Source: Armatimonadota bacterium
GTDB taxonomy: Bacteria; Armatimonadota; SYMT01
DNA length: 64,000 bases
Assembly: GCA_041690135.1 (NCBI GenBank)
Contig: JAWLHY010000003.1
Coordinates: 576,001 to 640,000, forward strand
Direction of reading: 5' to 3'
Below the pieces are notes generated by a model. That model did no database searches, was not told the origin of the DNA, and saw only the letters and a program-made list of their open reading frames with translations. The position numbers and the translations under genes are program-made. This document shows positions 59,108-64,000 of this stretch, in pieces. Each line of letters begins with the position of its first letter. The first letter of the stretch is position 1.

Positions 59108-61000
59108 CTAACGGAAGGTCCACTCCTTGAGGAGCGCATTCCCAGCGCCACGCACGCGGACATACTCGATCCGGATCTCGCCGGGAGCGGTCCCCGGGTC
59201 CAGGCGGAGCGCCGTCAGCGGTCCGGGGACCGGCAGCTCTACGCGGTAGTCGTGCCATTCGCCATCGTGCTTCACCTCGAGACCGACGGATCGGTCGCGG
59301 TGGAAATTGGGGGCGGCCCGGGTTGTCCAGAACACCTGGCCGGGTCCCCGGCTTGCCGACTTCATCCGCAGCTCCACGGTAAACGGTCCGCCCCGGAGGC
59401 TCAGGCCCCGAGCCATGAGGAAGGGATCGTCTCCGGTGGAGCGGACGACGAGCTTCCCGGCGTTGATGGAGAGCAGAACCTGGGCGTTCCCGGACCACCC
59501 GTTCGTCTCCTGCCCATAGGCCGGGTTGGGGATGGGGACCAGCGCGCCGGTCTCCTTCAGGTGGCGGTCGATGAGTGCGTTCAACTCCCGCAACCGCTCC
59601 GGCATCTCCGCGGCGCGGTTGCGCGTCTCGCCGAGATCTTCCGCAAGATGGTAGAGCTCGAAGCGGTCCTCCTGCTTGGGACCGTCCGCGAAGAAGCGGA
59701 TCAACTTCCAATCACCCCGGCGGACCCAGACGGAGGGCAGGTTGCCGGTCGCGGGGGTGTAATGCGGAAAATGGCAGAAGAGGGCCTCCCGTTCCAGCCG
59801 CGGCGCGCCCCGCAGGACCGGCAAGAGGCTGATGCCGTCGAACTGCTGTCCGGGACGAGCGGCGAGGCCCGTGGCTTCCAGCAGGGTGGGGTAGAAATCG
59901 ATACTGGAGACCACCACATCGCTCTGGGTTCCGGGCTTCACCCGGCCGGGCCACGCGACGATCAACGGCGTACGCGTCCCGCCTTCATAGATGGTTGCCT
60001 TGCCGCCCCGCAGCGGATGGTTGCTGGTGGGAGGTCCTCCCTCGACCACGCTGTACATGTTGCCGCCGTTATCGGACGCGAAGACGATCAGGGTATCCGG
60101 TCCGAGCCCCAGTTCCTCGATCGCGTCCAGCAGCTTTCCGACCGCGCCGTCCATCGCCTCGACCATGGCGGCCATCACCGGGTTCCGCTGCGGGTCGCTG
60201 GGATCGATCCGCTGGCGCGAGGCCTCGATCAGGTCCGGCTTGCCCTGGAACGGGGCGTGGACCGAGAAAAGCCAGTAGTTCAGGAAGAAGGGTCGGTCGC
60301 GGTTCTGCCGGAGCCACTGGATCGCTTCCTGGGTCAGGCGGTCGTCGATGTGCTCCCCGGCCGGGCCGTTGGGGAACGCCGGGATCTTATAGGGCGACAG
60401 GTAGCTCGGCGGTCCGGGGTAAGAGCCGCCGGGCCGGTTCCACTCGAACCCCTGGCTCTCGGGCAGGTATGGCTCCCAGCCCAGGTGCCACTTGCCGAAG
60501 TGTGCGGTGCGGTAGCCCCCGTCTTTCAGGGCTTCCGCCAGCGTGTAGTAATCGTGCGGCAGCCGGGTGCAAGTCTGCGGAGTGACCGCCTTCTGATGGG
60601 GCGGAGCCTGGGCCGGCAGCTTCGGGTCCAGCACCTCCTGGCGGAGGTGGCCCGCCGGGGTGGTGAACCGCAGGCGACCGGGATAGAGACCCGTGAGAAT
60701 GCTGGCCCGCGTGGGGGAGCAGAGCGGATTGGCGGCGTAGGCGCTGGTGAAGCGCATCCCCCGCCGGGCCAGCCGCTCCAGGTTGGGGGTCCGGTAATAG
60801 CGGCTGCCGTAGACGGAGGTGTCCATCCAGCCGAGGTCGTCGGCCAGGATGAAGATCACGTTCGGCCGCTTCTTCCCCCGGCCTGTGCCCGCCTCCTGTG
60901 CCCCGGCATCCCGCACGCCGGCCGTCCCCACCACCAGCAGTACGAGGACGAGCCCTAACCCATGAACCAGTCGGGAACGGTTGCTACCAGTGGTGCACAC
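59108..61000 (-). CDS. Sulfatase with C-terminal carbohydrate-binding-like domain
   Basis: ADDLG, CSPTRASILTG, GKWHLG, SDNGG; tail LRLDPG. Confidence 0.92.
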   Translation of the reverse strand: MCTTGSNRSRLVHGLGLVLVLLVVGTAGVRDAGAQEAGTGRGKKRPNVIFILADDLGWMDTSVYGSRYYRTPNLERLARRGMRFTSAYAANPLCSPTRASILTGLYPGRLRFTTPAGHLRQEVLDPKLPAQAPPHQKAVTPQTCTRLPHDYYTLAEALKDGGYRTAHFGKWHLGWEPYLPESQGFEWNRPGGSYPGPPSYLSPYKIPAFPNGPAGEHIDDRLTQEAIQWLRQNRDRPFFLNYWLFSVHAPFQGKPDLIEASRQRIDPSDPQRNPVMAAMVEAMDGAVGKLLDAIEELGLGPDTLIVFASDNGGNMYSVVEGGPPTSNHPLRGGKATIYEGGTRTPLIVAWPGRVKPGTQSDVVVSSIDFYPTLLEATGLAARPGQQFDGISLLPVLRGAPRLEREALFCHFPHYTPATGNLPSVWVRRGDWKLIRFFADGPKQEDRFELYHLAEDLGETRNRAAEMPERLRELNALIDRHLKETGALVPIPNPAYGQETNGWSGNAQVLLSINAGKLVVRSTGDDPFLMARGLSLRGGPFTVELRMKSASRGPGQVFWTTRAAPNFHRDRSVGLEVKHDGEWHDYRVELPVPGPLTALRLDPGTAPGEIRIEYVRVRGAGNALLKEWTFR

Positions 61001-61264
61001 TTTCGACGATCCCTCCGCTATGAACCGGGCAATTCTTTGCCAGAGCAGGACGCCTCCGGATGCTCCGGCCCTTTCCTTCTCTCCCCTTGGCGTCCTTCGC
61101 GTCTTGGCGGTTAGATCGGGTTGCCCAGCTCCGACAACACAAATTCAACCATTTTGGGACCACTCCCCTCCCTTCCGCCCGCGATCGCCCGCAACTTCGA
61201 CCGGTTGAGTACACTCGGAAGTGGGGACGATAAAGCGTAAGGGTTTCAATTCGGGAGGCGGACA

Positions 61265-62632
61265 ATGCTGCGCCTGGTCGGTAACGATCTTTCGGTCAAC
61301 TGTGCGGGGATGAAGCGCCGTAGTTTCCTGCAGGCCGGTTTCCTGGGCCTGGCGGGGCTGTCGATGGCGGATCTGCTCCGGATCCAGGCGGTCCAGGCCG
61401 CGCAAGGGGCGCCGAAGAAGAAGACGGCTTGCATCCTGGTGTGGCTGGATGGCGGTCCGCCCCAGCACGAGACCTACGACCCGAAGCCGGACGCCCCCGA
61501 GGAGTACCGCGGCGCCTACAAGCCGATCGACACCAGCGTCTCCGGGCTGCGCCTTTGCGAGTTGATGCCGGAGCAAGCGAAGATGGCCCACCGGATGGCG
61601 TTCGTCCGGTCGGTCCACCACGACAACGGGGACCACTTCGCGGGCGCGCACATCATGCTCACGGGCCGCTGGGGCGCTACCGGGGCGGACACCACCCCGC
61701 GCGCGCCTTCCGCCGCCAGCTTTGTCGCGGCCGTCCGCGGCGCCAACCGCGAGGGGCTGCCGCCCTACGTCGGGCTCGATAACCTCCACTCCGTGGGGAT
61801 CGTGCCCGGCTATCACGGCGCGAACTGGATGGGCGCGAAGTACAATCCGTTCATCGCGGACGACACCTCCGGCGGCAAGGTCGTCGGCACCCCGACCCTT
61901 TTCAAACAGACCGCCGACCAGACGCGCCTGACGAAGCGCCGCAAACTGCTGGATAAGGTGGATTGCCTCCGCAAGACGTTCGAACACGAGCCGAGCGTCA
62001 ACGCCACCGATCACTTCACGCAACTCGCCCTCCACACGCTCTTGAGCTCCGAGGTGCGCCAGGCGTTCGACCTCGACGCCGAGCCGGCCAAGGTGGCCGA
62101 GCGCTACGGTAACCACCCCTGGGCCCGCTACACCCTGCTCGCCCGCCGCCTCGTGGAGCATGGCGTCACCTTCGTCACCGTGAACATGGGCGGCTGGGAC
62201 ATGCACGACAACATCGCGGCCGTGGTGAAGCAGCCGGCCCTGGAGATGGACCGGGCCGTGGGCAATCTGGTCCGCGACCTGGACGAGCGCGGCATGCTGG
62301 ATCACGTTCTGGTGGTGGTGATGGGCGAGTTCGGCCGCACCCCCAAGCTGAACACGAACGGCGTGCCGGGCCAGACCGGCCTGCCCGGCCGGGACCACTG
62401 GGGCCAGGTGATGTCGGTGGCGATGGCTGGCGGCGGCCTCCGCATGGGACAGGCGATCGGCGCCTCCAACGACAAGGGCGAGTATCCCGCCGCCAGCCCG
62501 TACACTCCCGGCGACGTGCTGGCGACGATGTATCAGGTCCTCGGCGTGAACCCCCACACTGAGTTCCTCGATCGTGAGGGACGCCCCATGGTCGTTCTTC
62601 CGGAGGGGGAGCCCATCTCCGAACTGGTCTGA
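61265..62632 (+). CDS. DUF1501 domain protein
   Basis: RRSFL, GGPPQHETYDPKP, WDMH, GEFGRTP, GRDHW. Confidence 0.92.
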   Translation: MLRLVGNDLSVNCAGMKRRSFLQAGFLGLAGLSMADLLRIQAVQAAQGAPKKKTACILVWLDGGPPQHETYDPKPDAPEEYRGAYKPIDTSVSGLRLCELMPEQAKMAHRMAFVRSVHHDNGDHFAGAHIMLTGRWGATGADTTPRAPSAASFVAAVRGANREGLPPYVGLDNLHSVGIVPGYHGANWMGAKYNPFIADDTSGGKVVGTPTLFKQTADQTRLTKRRKLLDKVDCLRKTFEHEPSVNATDHFTQLALHTLLSSEVRQAFDLDAEPAKVAERYGNHPWARYTLLARRLVEHGVTFVTVNMGGWDMHDNIAAVVKQPALEMDRAVGNLVRDLDERGMLDHVLVVVMGEFGRTPKLNTNGVPGQTGLPGRDHWGQVMSVAMAGGGLRMGQAIGASNDKGEYPAASPYTPGDVLATMYQVLGVNPHTEFLDREGRPMVVLPEGEPISELV

Positions 62633-62638
62633 ACGTAC

Positions 62639-62687
62639 CGGGTAAGGGTGCGGCGCGATCATCCCTCACGCGCCGCACCCTTACCCG
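62639..62687 (+). terminator. Perfect 19-bp hairpin, probable terminator
   Basis: CGGGTAAGGGTGCGGCGCG...CGCGCCGCACCCTTACCCG followed by TTGTT. Confidence 0.7.
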
Positions 62688-62932
62688 TTGTTCTCGATTG
62701 GGTCCGCTCACGCCATCTATCTGACAACGACTTCTAGAGCGAGCGTCGCGGCCCTCGGGCACACAAGCCTCGGCCCGAGTCTCAAACGGCGGTCATGGTC
62801 CGTGGTCACCAAAGTGGCTCTGCGCTAGTGCTGCCCCAACTCCGTCGTATGTCAAATGCGATGTGGGCACTACGTCCGCTATCTGTCTCCGGGTATGATG
62901 TTCATGAACGTGATAGCTGCGTGAGAGACTAA

Positions 62933-63169
62933 ACAGTTCATTCGGCTACAGTCGAAGAGGCGCGGACCCAGTTGGCTGACCTCATCCGGGCGGCCGTTGC
63001 CGGCGAAGAAGTCTTGATCCTGACCGGGGAGGAACTGGCGGTCCAACTGGTCCCACGGGCACCGAAGAAACGCACCCGGCAGTTCGGTAGTGCGCGCGGT
63101 TTGATCACGATGGAACCAGACTTCGATGAGCCGCTGGAAGATTTCGGAGAGTACACGAAGGTGAGGTGA
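62933..63169 (+). pseudogene. Orphan Phd/YefM-like antitoxin lacking a canonical start
   Basis: TVEEARTQLADLI...GEEVLI...RQFGSARGLI.M.PDFDEPLEDF. In-frame TAA at 62930; no toxin gene follows. Confidence 0.65.
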
Positions 63170-63268
63170 GGGGAGTGCCATATTTTGCACTCCCCTTCGG
63201 GGCAGTGGCTTAGGGCTGCCCACCGACGCTCCCATCTAACATACTGGGCACGTTGCTGGGCACGCAGA

Positions 63269-64000
63269 TCAGGCCTTGTGCATCGGGAGCTTCCACGGCT
63301 TCCGGTAGGGGCGCTCGTAGGACTGGGTGTTGCGTCCGGCTTTGCCCACCAGGTCCATCTTCGCCTTGTTCCACCGCACCGTCTCTCCGGCCAGCAGTGC
63401 CACGTTCGCCAGGTGGCAAACGATGGTGGTCTGCGCCATGGAGGCCAGGTTGGACCGCGGCTGCTCGCGCGATTTCACGCAGTCGAGCCAGTTCTGCCAG
63501 TGGTCGTTGGTGCCCTCGGCCTGTTCCTTCGGCAGCTCCTTGCCGGAGGGGTCTAGCACCTGCCACCCGCCGCGCCACACGCGCAGGGTGCGGCCGTCCG
63601 CGCTCACGAACTCCGTTCCATGGTCCGGGCGTCCGGGATGATCGCGGCCCGTCTCCCAGTGGAGCACGAAATTCGGCTCCTCGAACCGCATGATCGATTG
63701 GACCGTATCCGGAGCGGTGCGGTCATCCTGCGGGAAGGCGAGGCGTCCCCCATAGGAGCTGACCTCTACCGGCATCACGATATCGGTGCCCTGGCTCATC
63801 CCGAGCAGGGCGATGTCCATCATGTGCACCCCCCAGTCGCCCGTCATGCCGGTGCCGTAGTTCATGAACCATCGCCAGTTGCTGTGGACGTGGTTGGGCG
63901 CGTAGGGGATCATCTCGGCGGGGCCGGTCCAGAGCTCGTAGTCCAGGCCCGGCGGCGGGCTGCTCGGCTGCTGGTTGCCGACCGTGGCGGTATCGGTCTT
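63269..64000 (-). CDS. Gfo/Idh/MocA oxidoreductase, 5' truncated by window edge
   Basis: LDYELWTGPA, WRWFMNYGTGMTGDWGVH, HWQNWLDCVKSR, CHLANVA. Confidence 0.9.
   Translation of the reverse strand, partial: KTDTATVGNQQPSSPPPGLDYELWTGPAEMIPYAPNHVHSNWRWFMNYGTGMTGDWGVHMMDIALLGMSQGTDIVMPVEVSSYGGRLAFPQDDRTAPDTVQSIMRFEEPNFVLHWETGRDHPGRPDHGTEFVSADGRTLRVWRGGWQVLDPSGKELPKEQAEGTNDHWQNWLDCVKSREQPRSNLASMAQTTIVCHLANVALLAGETVRWNKAKMDLVGKAGRNTQSYERPYRKPWKLPMHKA

Noticed and set aside
1-64000. Alternative genetic code (TGA = Trp or Gly) as the explanation for the in-frame TGAs
   Set aside because: Many complete genes end at TGA where expected (e.g. 8741, 20254, 36245, 54498), Trp is encoded by TGG, and the internal TGAs fall at Cys-type positions.
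1-64000. tRNA-Sec, selA, selB, selD, integrase or transposase
   Set aside because: None recognised by eye in this window, so neither Sec decoding capacity nor island mobility can be shown here.

Overview
GC-rich bacterial DNA from a diderm with Planctomycete/Armatimonadota-like gene content (four sulfatases, a formylglycine-generating enzyme, four DUF1501-type proteins, a DUF1549/DUF1553 protein, two Uma2 proteins). The lineage is inferred from gene content only. The ends carry sugar and sulfate catabolism genes, and 33.6-41.2 kb is a TonB receptor/YfiR/two-component cluster. Two accessory metal/redox islands lie at about 13.2-25.9 kb and 41.4-50.4 kb. The main observation is that four genes split by the ORF track are continuous reading frames with six in-frame TGA codons: a rhodanese (VVY-U), a secreted HMA-like protein (GAT-U-AT-U), a YHS/beta-barrel fusion (S-U-PS-U) and a BNR-like lipoprotein (DS-U-PMS). 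In three of the four, the TGAs fall where the family has Cys; in the YHS fusion they are spaced as a CxxC. Each gene has a SECIS-like hairpin just downstream of the TGA(s). This is best explained as a selenoprotein cluster with two rare UxxU motifs. The cluster is linked to a CysL-type LysR regulator, three Cys-rich leader ORFs ending in RAPP/RGPP (ribosome-arrest type), a structured 5' leader and a CsoR-type operator. No selA/selB/selC/selD genes are visible in the window, so Sec decoding remains an inference.
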